Assembly: GCA_001004885.1 (NCBI GenBank)
Contig: LCRX01000015.1
Location: 1 to 54,914 of the forward strand
Origin: Candidatus Magasanikbacteria bacterium GW2011_GWA2_56_11
GTDB lineage: Bacteria; Patescibacteriota; Patescibacteriia; Magasanikbacterales; UBA922
Length of the DNA stretch: 54,914 nt
Direction: 5' to 3'
How positions within the stretch are numbered: the stretch's first letter is position 1; each line of letters opens with the position of its first letter. Shown here piece by piece: positions 45,263 to 54,469 of the stretch. The notes under the pieces were generated by a model. It had not been told where the DNA came from, did not search any database, and saw only the letters and a list, made by a program, of their open reading frames with translations. A program made the translations under genes and the position numbers.

Positions 45263-46171
45263 ATGCTGTCTCTTTGGCGGATAATCAAATTTTCTTTCGA
45301 AGACATCGCCCGCAACTTTAGCCTGTCGGCGATGACGGTGCTTATCCTGGTCCTCATGCTTTTGTCGGTGAACACGCTCGTGGCGGTGCGACTTTTGACA
45401 GACGAGGCTATAGCCAATATTAAGGATCAGATTGACGTTAGCGTCTACTTTCATCCCGAAGCCACGGCCGAGGAGCTCGCGGCGGCCAAAAACTATGTCG
45501 AGTCTTTCCCCGAAGTGCGCGATCTGATATTCCTGTCGCGCGAACAGACACTGGAAAAATTCCGCGCCGCTTACGAGGACAACGAAAAAGTGATGTCGTC
45601 GCTCGGCGAGCTGGGAGACAATCCGCTTGGAGCGACCCTCATAATCAAAACCCGCGAACCCAGCGACTACGAAAAGATCATCACGGCCCTCAGCGTCCCC
45701 GAGTACGAGGGCATCATCGAGTCCAAAACTTTCGGCGATACGCAGACCACGATCGACAAGGTTCACACCATTACGGGTCAGGTGGAGCGTTTCACCCTGT
45801 TTCTTACCAGTCTGTTTGCCGTGATCGCGTTTGTCATCGTCTTCAACACTGTCCGGGTGGCCATCTATACCCAGCGGATAGAGATCAGCATCAAAAAATT
45901 AGTCGGCGCCAGCAACTGGTTTGTCCGCGGCCCCTACCTTATGGAATCGCTTATTTTTAGCATTTTGAGCGTCGGGATTACCCTCGTGGCCATCTATTTC
46001 AGCACCCGGCTACTCGATCCCTTTGTCGCCGCCATGTTCGCCAAACCGCACCTGTTGACAGATTATCTTTTATCCCATATACTGGAGCTCGCCGGTTTAC
46101 AGCTGGCGGCCGTACTTTTGCTGACGGCTGCCACGAGTACGCTCGCGATGCGGCGGTATCTAAGGGTATAG
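45263..46171 (+). CDS. ftsX: cell division permease FtsX
   Basis: RNFSLS, DVSVYF, NPL, IVFNTVRVAIY....EI.IKKLVGASNWFVRGPY..E. Confidence 0.92.
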   Translation: MLSLWRIIKFSFEDIARNFSLSAMTVLILVLMLLSVNTLVAVRLLTDEAIANIKDQIDVSVYFHPEATAEELAAAKNYVESFPEVRDLIFLSREQTLEKFRAAYEDNEKVMSSLGELGDNPLGATLIIKTREPSDYEKIITALSVPEYEGIIESKTFGDTQTTIDKVHTITGQVERFTLFLTSLFAVIAFVIVFNTVRVAIYTQRIEISIKKLVGASNWFVRGPYLMESLIFSILSVGITLVAIYFSTRLLDPFVAAMFAKPHLLTDYLLSHILELAGLQLAAVLLLTAATSTLAMRRYLRV

Positions 46172-46192
46172 CCGAGAGGGGAGCGGAGACAT

Positions 46193-46263
46193 TCGGGGCT
46201 CGTCTAATGGTAGGACTCCAGGTTTTGGTCCTGGCTATCGGGGTTCGAATCCCTGGCCCCGAG
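46193..46263 (+). tRNA. tRNA-Gln(TTG)
   Basis: acceptor tcggggc/gccccga (U1-A72), anticodon stem ccagg/cctgg, loop ttTTGgt, G73. Confidence 0.93.
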
Positions 46264-46335
46264 CGGAGTGCCACGCGGCACCTAGAAAGACCATTTCCAC
46301 GGGCTGGGGCCGCCTAAAGACATAATAATGGCCGG

Positions 46336-46364
46336 TTGACCAAGGTGCTTACGCATGGTACAAT
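46336..46364 (+). promoter_or_regulatory. sigma70-type promoter for tRNA-Asn
   Basis: TTGACC-N17-TACAAT. Confidence 0.6.
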
Positions 46365-46403
46365 AGTGTCCGGCGCATAGGCGCCTTAGAAACTTACCAC
46401 TAT

Positions 46404-46955
46404 TCGGCGGTAGCTCAGTGGTAGAGCAGTTGGCTGTGACGAAATGTCCGCGCGGGGCCCAGGGCCCCGCAAAGACTCTATAGCAGCCCCGGGCCGAAAT
46501 GCCCGGGTGAAAACGGAGTGAACTGTTCCTCTGGCACATTATCGCCGGAGGAAGCGCCCGGACACTGGTAGTGTCCGGAACGCCAGGGAACCTAAGCCAC
46601 GGTAATAACCATGGTATGGTAATCTGCAGCCAAGCCGTGATTTCGTTCATGCGAATGGACACTCGTTACCGGCACGACAGCCAGCAGTTTATCTGCGGGC
46701 GGTGCGGCAACGAAGAATCACGGAAGGTTCAGAGACTATCCCGCATGGGAGTACCCCGACACCATACGGTGCTTGGGGGAAGCGCTCCGCACCCAAACGT
46801 TTTCCGAAATATCGGGATTATGACGTGGGTGAAGATATAGTCCGCGCTCTTCCGAATGAATAGTTCGGAGCCTGACGCCCTACGGGCGCCGGGCGGGAAA
46901 CCGGAGAGTACGTGTAACCAATTGGTCGTGGGTTCGAATCCCACCCGCCGAGCCA
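46404..46955 (+). tRNA. tRNA-Asn(GTT) split by an intron (exons 46404-46437 and 46915-46955)
   Basis: joined exons give acceptor tcggcgg/ccgccga, anticodon stem gttgg/ccaat, loop ctGTTaa, G73 and encoded CCA. Confidence 0.92.
46438..46914 (+). ncRNA. group I intron (IA-like), 477 nt, no internal ORF
   Basis: 5' exon ends in U pairing with IGS GCAGCC (46483-88); terminal G; P3 gggtg/caccc; R tcagagacta; S aagatatagtcc; P7 GACTA/TAGTC; two extra helices between P7 and P3'. Confidence 0.9.
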
Positions 46956-47330
46956 AGCAAGACGGAGCGTATTCAACGCTTCGTTTTTTGTATAATCATA
47001 GCCGTATTTTTGCGGTTCTAACCTTGCTAAATTTTTATTAAACCCGATCACCTTATCGTTGAGTGGCTGAAACCAAGGATATAGCGTAATTACAACATTT
47101 TTATCAAAAATTTCTCGGTTCGATCCTAACTCTACAACAATTTTTATTTTTACCTCTTTTCCAGCTTGTAAATAATCCCGATAAGCATAGACAGAAAATA
47201 CAAAAGTTTCTTTCGTTAGTTTTGTTTTATGCAATGGATCAATCTCAGTAATCTTTGTTTGTAAACTTTCGATCCCTAATATGATTTTCTTTAGATGTGT
47301 GGCTATAATCAAGATTAGATATACCCACAC
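46929..47330 (-). pseudogene. C-terminal remnant of a large serine recombinase/integrase reading into tRNA-Asn
   Basis: open minus frame: coiled coil, KIKIVVELGSN..IFDKNVVI, RLEPQK, ending WLGGWDSNP encoded antisense to the tRNA 3' half; no catalytic N-terminus. Confidence 0.6.
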
Positions 47331-47583
47331 ACCGAGCCTTGTTTCCACTTTCTTTGTTTCTAGCCCTGCCGGCAAGCAAACTTTTTGCGATTGAGCAAAA
47401 TCGCAAAAAGTTTTCTGCTTGCCGGTGCATAGGGCACTGATAACAAAGATAAATTCAGTCTAGCAAACCACTCTGCACAAAAGTTACCCTAAAAGTTTTC
47501 TGCAAAAATAATATTTTGCTTAACTAAGCCATTTTATAGCTAAAATTTAGGTGTAAAAATACTCATTTAGCGATTGACTTACC

Positions 47584-48390
47584 TTGTTTAAAAGAGTAAA
47601 CTTAAAGCAAGTTTATTGGCATTATCAAACAATTTTTGATATCAAAATAGCAGAAAATTATAAAAGTAATTCGCAAAAAATACGCATACTCACAGAGTCT
47701 TGGGTAGGCAAACAGATTTTTTGTCCAGCTTGCGGAGCGAATATCCAAAACTATGAAAATAATCGGCCCGTAGCCGACTTTTATTGTCCAAGATGTGCCG
47801 AGGATTATGAGCTGAAAAGTAAGAAAGACGGAATGGCTAAAAAAATTGTTGACGGAGCGTATAGCACAATGATTGAGCGGTTACAAAGTAGTAACAATCC
47901 TAATTTTTTCTTTTTAAACTATAATCCCGTAAAATTTGAGGTGTATAATTTTTTAGTTATTCCAAAGCACTTTTTTGTTCCTGAAATTATTGAAAAAAGA
48001 AAGCCACTATTAATCAACGCAAGGCGTGCTGGTTGGATTGGATGTAATATCTTATTGCAAAGTATACCTCAAAGCGGCAAAATATTTTATATCAAAAACG
48101 GTCAACCGGAAGAAAAAACTACTGTATTAAAAAATTGGCAGAAAACCTTATTTTTAAGGGAGCCAAACAAATTAGAACTAAAAGGGTGGATATTGGATGT
48201 AATGAACTGTATTGATAAGTTAGATAAAAAAGAATTTACCCTTGAAGATATTTATACTTTTGAAAGCACGCTGTACAAAAAACATCCCGACAATAAACAC
48301 ATAATGGATAAAATTCGTCAGCAATTACAATTTTTGCGAAATAAAGGGTACTTAGAATTTTTGGATAGAGGAAATTATCGCCTAAAATAA
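47584..48390 (+). CDS. dpnI: DpnI-family methyl-directed restriction endonuclease
   Basis: YKSNSQK.RILTE.WV, CP.CG, N.PVADFYC..C..DYELKS, GAY.TM..R, RAGWIGCNI, KIRQQLQ.LR..G; start codon uncertain. Confidence 0.88.
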   Translation: MFKRVNLKQVYWHYQTIFDIKIAENYKSNSQKIRILTESWVGKQIFCPACGANIQNYENNRPVADFYCPRCAEDYELKSKKDGMAKKIVDGAYSTMIERLQSSNNPNFFFLNYNPVKFEVYNFLVIPKHFFVPEIIEKRKPLLINARRAGWIGCNILLQSIPQSGKIFYIKNGQPEEKTTVLKNWQKTLFLREPNKLELKGWILDVMNCIDKLDKKEFTLEDIYTFESTLYKKHPDNKHIMDKIRQQLQFLRNKGYLEFLDRGNYRLK

Positions 48391-48391
48391 T

Positions 48392-48583
48392 ATGCAAATA
48401 AACTTAAGCCCGTTTTGGGCAAAAATGATTTTGAGATTAAACCCATTCCACCGATTGCTCGTTATGTGCAAGGGATATGGCGAGGATTATAAAAATTTTA
48501 CCGAGCTTGTCTGGCAGGATGATAAATATTTAGATTTTTACGATAAAAATAGCTATCCAAAATTTCAGCTGTGGCTATCTTAA
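48392..48583 (+). CDS. small hypothetical protein
   Basis: 63-aa ORF starting 1 nt after the DpnI stop. Confidence 0.55.
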   Translation: MQINLSPFWAKMILRLNPFHRLLVMCKGYGEDYKNFTELVWQDDKYLDFYDKNSYPKFQLWLS

Positions 48584-48621
48584 ATAGCCGAATACCATTG
48601 AAAATATGAACAAATAATTTT

Positions 48622-50685
48622 ATGATAATAGCAGATTATCCAATTGAAAGTGAAGGCGAAGACAAGTTACGTCGTACACCTCTAGCAAAGAAGGTTGCAG
48701 AACTTATTGCTAGCTTCAAAGGTAGAGAGAGTTTTGTAATAGGTATTGAAGGTGTTTGGGGCGCTGGAAAAACTTCATTTGTAAATCTTATTCTAAAGGA
48801 ATTAAAAAGTGACCAAAATCTCGTCTTCATTAACTTTAATCCCTGGAATTTTTCGGGGCAGAACGAGCTTATAACCGACTTTTTTTCTTCGTTAATTGTA
48901 AAAATAACTCCATTTGTTGCTGATAAGGATAGATTAAAAAAAGTAAAATCAATTGTATCTAAACTTACCAAAAAAAGTGAAGTGGCTTTTAGTCCTGAAA
49001 TAGCTGTTCTTGGCGGGCTAGTGAACCTCAAAGCCGCCGATTTGTTTAAATTAAAAGGCGACGAAAAAACGCTCGAAGAGGAACGAAAAGATATAAATGA
49101 ATTGTTTAATCAACTCGGTAGAAAAATTGTTATTGTCGTAGATGATATAGATCGTCTCGACACAGAAGAAACAAGGCTCATCATGAAACTTGTAAAAATG
49201 ACGGCAAATTTTCCTAACACTATTTTTGTTCTTGCCTATGACAGGGATCAGGTGGCACAAAAACTTGGCCAAGGAGGTATTGGTGAAGAATATCTAAAAA
49301 AGATTATTCAAGTCTCTTTTACGCTACCAGAGCCAGACCAGCAAGGTCTTCAAAAAATACTTTTTTCTGATTTAGACAAGACTATCAGCGATATTTATGG
49401 CATTGTAAAATTGGAAGGTAATGATGAAAAGAGGTGGAGTGATTTACTATATAAGGGATTTTTAAAACCTTTCAAAACAGTTAGAGATATTAAGAGGTAT
49501 ATAAGCTCTCTTCGTCTTAATTGGTCGATTGTAGCAAAGGAAGATGTAAATCAAATAGACTTTATGGCTATCGAAGCTATTCGTGTTTTCGCCCCTAGCT
49601 TATATTCTGGTATTGCCGCAAACCCTGCTTTGTTCACGGGCATACATGATCCTTCTGACTACGGGCGTAACAATAAAAAAAATTTACAGACAAAATTCGA
49701 GGAATTAATTGCTAAGCTTCATTCGGAAATTAGAGACCCAATGGAAGGTGCCTGCGAAGTGCTCTTTCCAAACCTCGATAATACTTACTATGCTGGCGAA
49801 CATGAACAAATATGGAAACGTGAAAGGCGTATATGCGTGGCCGAAAGATTCGGGTTCTATTTTCAACTCGGAATACCCGATGGAGCAATTTCAGAAGTAG
49901 AAGCAAATAATTTAGCGCAAAATTTTGATAATCGAGAAGCTTTTACAGAAAAAATTGTTGAACTAGCAAAAGACAAGAGACTGCGAGCGATGCTTAATAA
50001 AATACTGGACAGAGTAGATGATTTGTCTGAAGAACAAATAAAAGTTGTCATATCGGTTCTTTGGGATTTAGAAAAGGATATTATTGATGAGCGTAACGAA
50101 ATGTTCGATTTTAATGATGTAGAAACGCAAGTATCACGAATTACGTACCATTCAATAAAGCATCTTCCTGGTGATAAGCGATTTGAAATGATTAAATCTT
50201 TGTTACAAAACAGTGTGGTTTTCTACACCCCGACTCGATTTGTTGCGATGCTTATAGATCAACAAAGCAATTACCAGCGGAACGATGAACCGCTACTCAC
50301 ATTAGAAGAAACAGAAAAACTCAAAACTATCTGCTTGGCAAACATAAATAAATTAGTAACTGAAAATAAATTGCAGAATGAGACTAAGCTTGTTTTTGCT
50401 TTATATAGTTGGAAAGAATGGGAAAATGCTGATAAAGTAAAGGATTTTATAAAAAATCTGATTTCTACCAGAAAAGGGCTTTTAACATTTTTAAAAGGAT
50501 TTGTAGGAAAAGTTTTATCTTCAAATGGAAACTTTTACCAGATAGACAAGAAAGATATTGATCCCATATACCCTCTAACTGACATCGAGGCTTTGGTGCA
50601 GCAAATTACTGATGAAGAAATCAATCGCTTAGATGAAAAAGATAAAGAAGCGGTAATGCTTTTTAGAAATCCAAGAAGGTGGTAA
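48622..50685 (+). CDS. KAP-family P-loop NTPase
   Basis: D.L.R, IGIEGVWGAGKTS, FNPW, IVVDDIDRL, FVLAYD, EYL.KIIQ..F.LP, RD.KR. Confidence 0.92.
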   Translation: MIIADYPIESEGEDKLRRTPLAKKVAELIASFKGRESFVIGIEGVWGAGKTSFVNLILKELKSDQNLVFINFNPWNFSGQNELITDFFSSLIVKITPFVADKDRLKKVKSIVSKLTKKSEVAFSPEIAVLGGLVNLKAADLFKLKGDEKTLEEERKDINELFNQLGRKIVIVVDDIDRLDTEETRLIMKLVKMTANFPNTIFVLAYDRDQVAQKLGQGGIGEEYLKKIIQVSFTLPEPDQQGLQKILFSDLDKTISDIYGIVKLEGNDEKRWSDLLYKGFLKPFKTVRDIKRYISSLRLNWSIVAKEDVNQIDFMAIEAIRVFAPSLYSGIAANPALFTGIHDPSDYGRNNKKNLQTKFEELIAKLHSEIRDPMEGACEVLFPNLDNTYYAGEHEQIWKRERRICVAERFGFYFQLGIPDGAISEVEANNLAQNFDNREAFTEKIVELAKDKRLRAMLNKILDRVDDLSEEQIKVVISVLWDLEKDIIDERNEMFDFNDVETQVSRITYHSIKHLPGDKRFEMIKSLLQNSVVFYTPTRFVAMLIDQQSNYQRNDEPLLTLEETEKLKTICLANINKLVTENKLQNETKLVFALYSWKEWENADKVKDFIKNLISTRKGLLTFLKGFVGKVLSSNGNFYQIDKKDIDPIYPLTDIEALVQQITDEEINRLDEKDKEAVMLFRNPRRW

Positions 50686-51251
50686 TTATTCCTAACAGGA
50701 GTATGGTAATAAACCACAGTATCAAAAATTTTGAGTACGAGATAGTGCATCAGATATTGTTCAGCGAGCTTTGTTTTGATATTTGTCAATCTGTAAAGAT
50801 TATACCAGGACGTGGCAGTGATTTTCTTCCTTTTTTCTATAATTTAAATTTTATAAAGGGTATCATATCCCTGCACAGTTTGTTAGAATCCGGCAACAGC
50901 GATGAATTATCTGTTAAAAATTATTTTAAAGAGCACAAGTATAATTACCCTCGTGCCGATGTTGGTGATTTTAAAAAAGAAATAGAGTCTGTGGCTAAAG
51001 CTTTCAAGAAAGTTACTCCTCTATGTTTACGGCATAAAATCGGTGCGCATATTGATGGAGAATTCACGCATACAGATTTTACTTCCGCTTATATTATGCC
51101 AGAGTTAGTTCCAAAATATTGTGAGGTAGTTAGGCAATTAAAAAATGCTTTCTTTAAATTTTGTAATTATTCAAGAAATGATGACCCTTTTTCTAAAATA
51201 AAGGAACAGTCGAAGTTTGTTATTGATAATATTGTAAAAAGCACGTTCTAA
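50679..51251 (+). CDS. HEPN-like (AbiU2-like) protein
   Basis: helical 190 aa with LRHKIGAH (Rx5H); overlaps the KAP stop (alternative ATG 50703); terminator at 51283-51312. Confidence 0.55.
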   Translation: MVIIPNRSMVINHSIKNFEYEIVHQILFSELCFDICQSVKIIPGRGSDFLPFFYNLNFIKGIISLHSLLESGNSDELSVKNYFKEHKYNYPRADVGDFKKEIESVAKAFKKVTPLCLRHKIGAHIDGEFTHTDFTSAYIMPELVPKYCEVVRQLKNAFFKFCNYSRNDDPFSKIKEQSKFVIDNIVKSTF

Positions 51252-51476
51252 CTTCCTCTACGACACCGAGCAAAGTAGGATGAACGGACGCAAAACGTCC
51301 GTTTTTCTCTTTATTTACAGGCTAATGCCTCATTTTCATAATCTTTGAGCCTTATTCACTGTTTATAATTCCTCTGTATAAAGACCTTGCGTTTGCTTGT
51401 TTTGTGCACTATACTAGGTGTAGTGCACAAAGTTAGCTATTTTTGTGCATTAGGAATAGAATAATAGGCTTAAAAT

Positions 51477-52760
51477 ATGCTAAAAGACATAGTTTCGAAG
51501 CAAAAACTAAAGAAAGAGGAGCTTTTAAAATCCCAGTACGTGGATAGAACCAAAGAACCATTTGCCAAAAAATGGCTAGATTCTGCTTTGATAAAAGTCG
51601 TTCTTGGGCCCCGACGCGCAGGAAAATCGGTGTTTTCTCTCCTGCTTTTACGGGATCATGATTTTATGTACTTTGATTTTGACGACGAGGTATTGGCCGC
51701 GGAAGGTAGCCTATCAACAGCCGAATTAATGAAAGAACTACATAGCGCATATGGCCATATTAAAACAATTCTTTTTGATGAAATTCAAAATTTACCGGCT
51801 TGGGAGCTGTTTGTAAACCGTTTGCATCGCGAAGGCTACAATCTTGTGCTCACCGGCTCAAATGCCAGGTTGCTTTCGATGGAGTTGGCAACCCATCTTA
51901 CCGGCAGGCATATGCCGATAGAGTTGCTTCCGTTCGATTTTAAGGAATTTTTGAAAGGTAAAAAATTCGAAATAGATCCGGAATACAAATCCTTGCCTGA
52001 AAAACATGGTCAGCTTCTGAATTTGCTCGATCAGTATTTATCAAAAGGCGGTTTTCCGGAAGTTGTGGTTAGCAATCTTGATCCGGCAGATTACTTGGAA
52101 GTTCTTTTTGATTCTTTGCTCTTTAAGGATGTTGTAAAAAGGCACCGGGTTAAATTTTCAACGCAGATAAGCACGCTTGGATCACACCTAGTCAATAATT
52201 TTGCTTCGCTATACACGCTCAACAAACTGATGAAGACGCTTAATCTGAAAAGCGTGCATACCGTAGCTAAATACGCCTCATATTTGGAGGAGGCATATTT
52301 GATATTCTCACTCTCGCGATATTCTACAAAATCAAGGCAACGGATAAATTCGCCTAAAAAAGTATATGTTGTAGACAATGGCTTTGTAACTGCAAAGGCT
52401 ATTCAGCATTCGCCCGATAAAGGCAAGCTGACGGAAAATCTGGTTTTTACCGAACTGGTAAAACGAGGGCTTAAGCCAAACTTGGAATTATTCTATTACA
52501 AGACACGCAATGATCGCGAGGTAGATTTTGTCGTAAAAAAAGGACATCTGGTTACGGAACTGATACAGGCGTGTTATGAGTCTGTAAGCGCGGATGTTGA
52601 ACAGAGAGAAACAAAAGCATTATTCGAAGCGAGCGATGAATTGAAGGTAAAAAAACTTATCGTCCTAACATGGGATGAAAAGAGAACGGTAAAAAAGGAT
52701 GACGCGACCATAGAGTTTATTCCACTCTGGGAGTGGTTGCTGGAAAGACCCCAAGAATAA
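51477..52760 (+). CDS. AAA_14 ATPase with DUF4143 C-terminal domain
   Basis: GPRRAGKS, FDEIQ, LTGSNA, LTGR, GGFPE, KVYVVDNG, ENLV..EL, EVDF. Confidence 0.9.
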   Translation: MLKDIVSKQKLKKEELLKSQYVDRTKEPFAKKWLDSALIKVVLGPRRAGKSVFSLLLLRDHDFMYFDFDDEVLAAEGSLSTAELMKELHSAYGHIKTILFDEIQNLPAWELFVNRLHREGYNLVLTGSNARLLSMELATHLTGRHMPIELLPFDFKEFLKGKKFEIDPEYKSLPEKHGQLLNLLDQYLSKGGFPEVVVSNLDPADYLEVLFDSLLFKDVVKRHRVKFSTQISTLGSHLVNNFASLYTLNKLMKTLNLKSVHTVAKYASYLEEAYLIFSLSRYSTKSRQRINSPKKVYVVDNGFVTAKAIQHSPDKGKLTENLVFTELVKRGLKPNLELFYYKTRNDREVDFVVKKGHLVTELIQACYESVSADVEQRETKALFEASDELKVKKLIVLTWDEKRTVKKDDATIEFIPLWEWLLERPQE

Positions 52761-52764
52761 TTTT

Positions 52765-52956
52765 ATGCCGAAGGAAATCGCCGACAAAACCAAAGAAGAG
52801 ACTTACTACAAATGTACTCATTGCGGAGATGAAATTTTTTGGAATACCCATAAAAAATTCACTTACTGCAAGTGTAAGAAAATCTGGGTTGATGGTTGTG
52901 AGGACTACATTCGGATTGGTGGTAACGAGGAAGATCGTAAGGTGATAAAAAAATAA
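52765..52956 (+). CDS. small Cys-rich zinc-finger protein
   Basis: KCTHCGD.I........CKC..I.VDG...Y.RI.G. Confidence 0.7.
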   Translation: MPKEIADKTKEETYYKCTHCGDEIFWNTHKKFTYCKCKKIWVDGCEDYIRIGGNEEDRKVIKK

Positions 52957-52957
52957 T

Positions 52958-53560
52958 ATGGCCGTCTTAACACAGTCCGAATATTTAATAATTTCCAATA
53001 AGTTGAAAGTAAGTAAGCTTATAAATAAATCGCCACTTACAGAAGAAGGCGATTTTATTGATATTCTGATAGGCTTGCATATAATTCTTGAAGTCGGGCT
53101 TAACTCTTTCTTTCGCCAGGTCTCTCTGCTCTCTATTAAAAAGAATATTGATAGACTGGAAATAATGGACAATATTGATAAAGTAGGTTTTATAGATAAA
53201 ACGATTCTCTTTATTTATAACTCAAAATTTGATTTTGGTACTGAAATTGAGGAAGCCATTAAACACCATAAAATAATCGGCATATTAAGAAATTTTGCAG
53301 AGACAAGAAATAAGCTACTCCACGGCCATGCTATAGCGACATTTCACACGGAAGAAAATCGCATACCGAGACTATCCAGATCACGAAAAATTCTTAACCT
53401 AAATTTCTTGCAAGAGCAGATAACAAGGTTTAGAAAAATACTTGCCGGTATGCGATTTTACTTAGACCACCTAGATAGTCCTATTACGGAGTCCGGTAAA
53501 CAAGACCTTGCCGAGTCTTACCTGGATGATAGTTTTATACCAGAGGCGGTCGAATTATAA
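52958..53560 (+). CDS. HEPN-like protein
   Basis: H..LE N-terminal motif and RNKLLH (Rx4H); helical. Confidence 0.55.
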   Translation: MAVLTQSEYLIISNKLKVSKLINKSPLTEEGDFIDILIGLHIILEVGLNSFFRQVSLLSIKKNIDRLEIMDNIDKVGFIDKTILFIYNSKFDFGTEIEEAIKHHKIIGILRNFAETRNKLLHGHAIATFHTEENRIPRLSRSRKILNLNFLQEQITRFRKILAGMRFYLDHLDSPITESGKQDLAESYLDDSFIPEAVEL

Positions 53561-53643
53561 AACTTTTTAGTAAGTTCGAGGCACATCACTTAATTGCTGG
53601 CGGCATTATCAAGGGCAAAAAAATTATTAAAAGTAATAATTTC

Positions 53644-54384
53644 ATGATACCATCGTTTGACTTAGACAAAATTAAATTCGCCACAGATCAGCCGACTTAC
53701 CAGAAAGCGGTTGTTTTGTACGAGTCAGGCAAAGTTACGCGATTTGAGACGGGAATCGGTTCTTATTCGGCCACAGTCCTTGGAACTCGCCCTTACCGTG
53801 TTTCAATCGAGGCGCGACGTTTCGGTTTGGGAAATTGTGAATGCTATCTCGGCCAGCAAGACACGCTTTGCAAACATATGGTCGCGGTATCAATTTATGC
53901 CGTAATGGGTGGTAAAAAACTATCGCCAGAAGAGAAAAAACAGGTAAGCAGCCCCATTTGCAGCGGTAAACTCGGAGAATTGGGCAAAAATGAATTAGCT
54001 CAAACAAAAAAGGCCATAACTTCGGCCATAGCTTACATAAAACCTTACAACGTGCCGTCTCGTCTCTGGTTTTCTTATCAAAATTCACTCGATGAGGGTT
54101 GCGCGCGACTGGCAGAATTGGCCTCCCGTCTGCCCGTAAGCCAGCAAACCGCCATGCTATTGGTTGATTTGCTTTTACGCTTGGATAAAAAGTTGTGTAC
54201 TGGCGGCGTTGATGATTCGAATGGCACGGTTGGCGGATTCATCGAGGATGTCGTTTTAATGCTTCAGGAATACGCAAAACTTGATCAAAAGTGCATTAAG
54301 GCGTTTGAAAAGTTAGGCGGTAAAGAGACTTGTTTCGGTTGGGAGGAGCCTTTGGTGGCAATCGTTGATGAATGCTGGAGCTAA
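53644..54384 (+). CDS. SWIM zinc-finger protein
   Basis: Y.V.I......GNCEC......CKHMVAV (CxC...CxH). Confidence 0.8.
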   Translation: MIPSFDLDKIKFATDQPTYQKAVVLYESGKVTRFETGIGSYSATVLGTRPYRVSIEARRFGLGNCECYLGQQDTLCKHMVAVSIYAVMGGKKLSPEEKKQVSSPICSGKLGELGKNELAQTKKAITSAIAYIKPYNVPSRLWFSYQNSLDEGCARLAELASRLPVSQQTAMLLVDLLLRLDKKLCTGGVDDSNGTVGGFIEDVVLMLQEYAKLDQKCIKAFEKLGGKETCFGWEEPLVAIVDECWS

Positions 54385-54469
54385 AACAATAGCGAGTCGT
54401 GGTGTTGGAGTTATTCTCCCGGCCAAGAAAATTTGGAATATAAACAAAAGTGAGCTAAAATACAACTGT

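Noticed and set aside
46404-46445. tRNA-His(GTG) suggested by ct-GTG-ac
   Set aside because: The following bases cannot pair with the gttgg anticodon stem; the GTG arises at the exon/intron junction and the matching 3' half at 46915 restores Asn(GTT).
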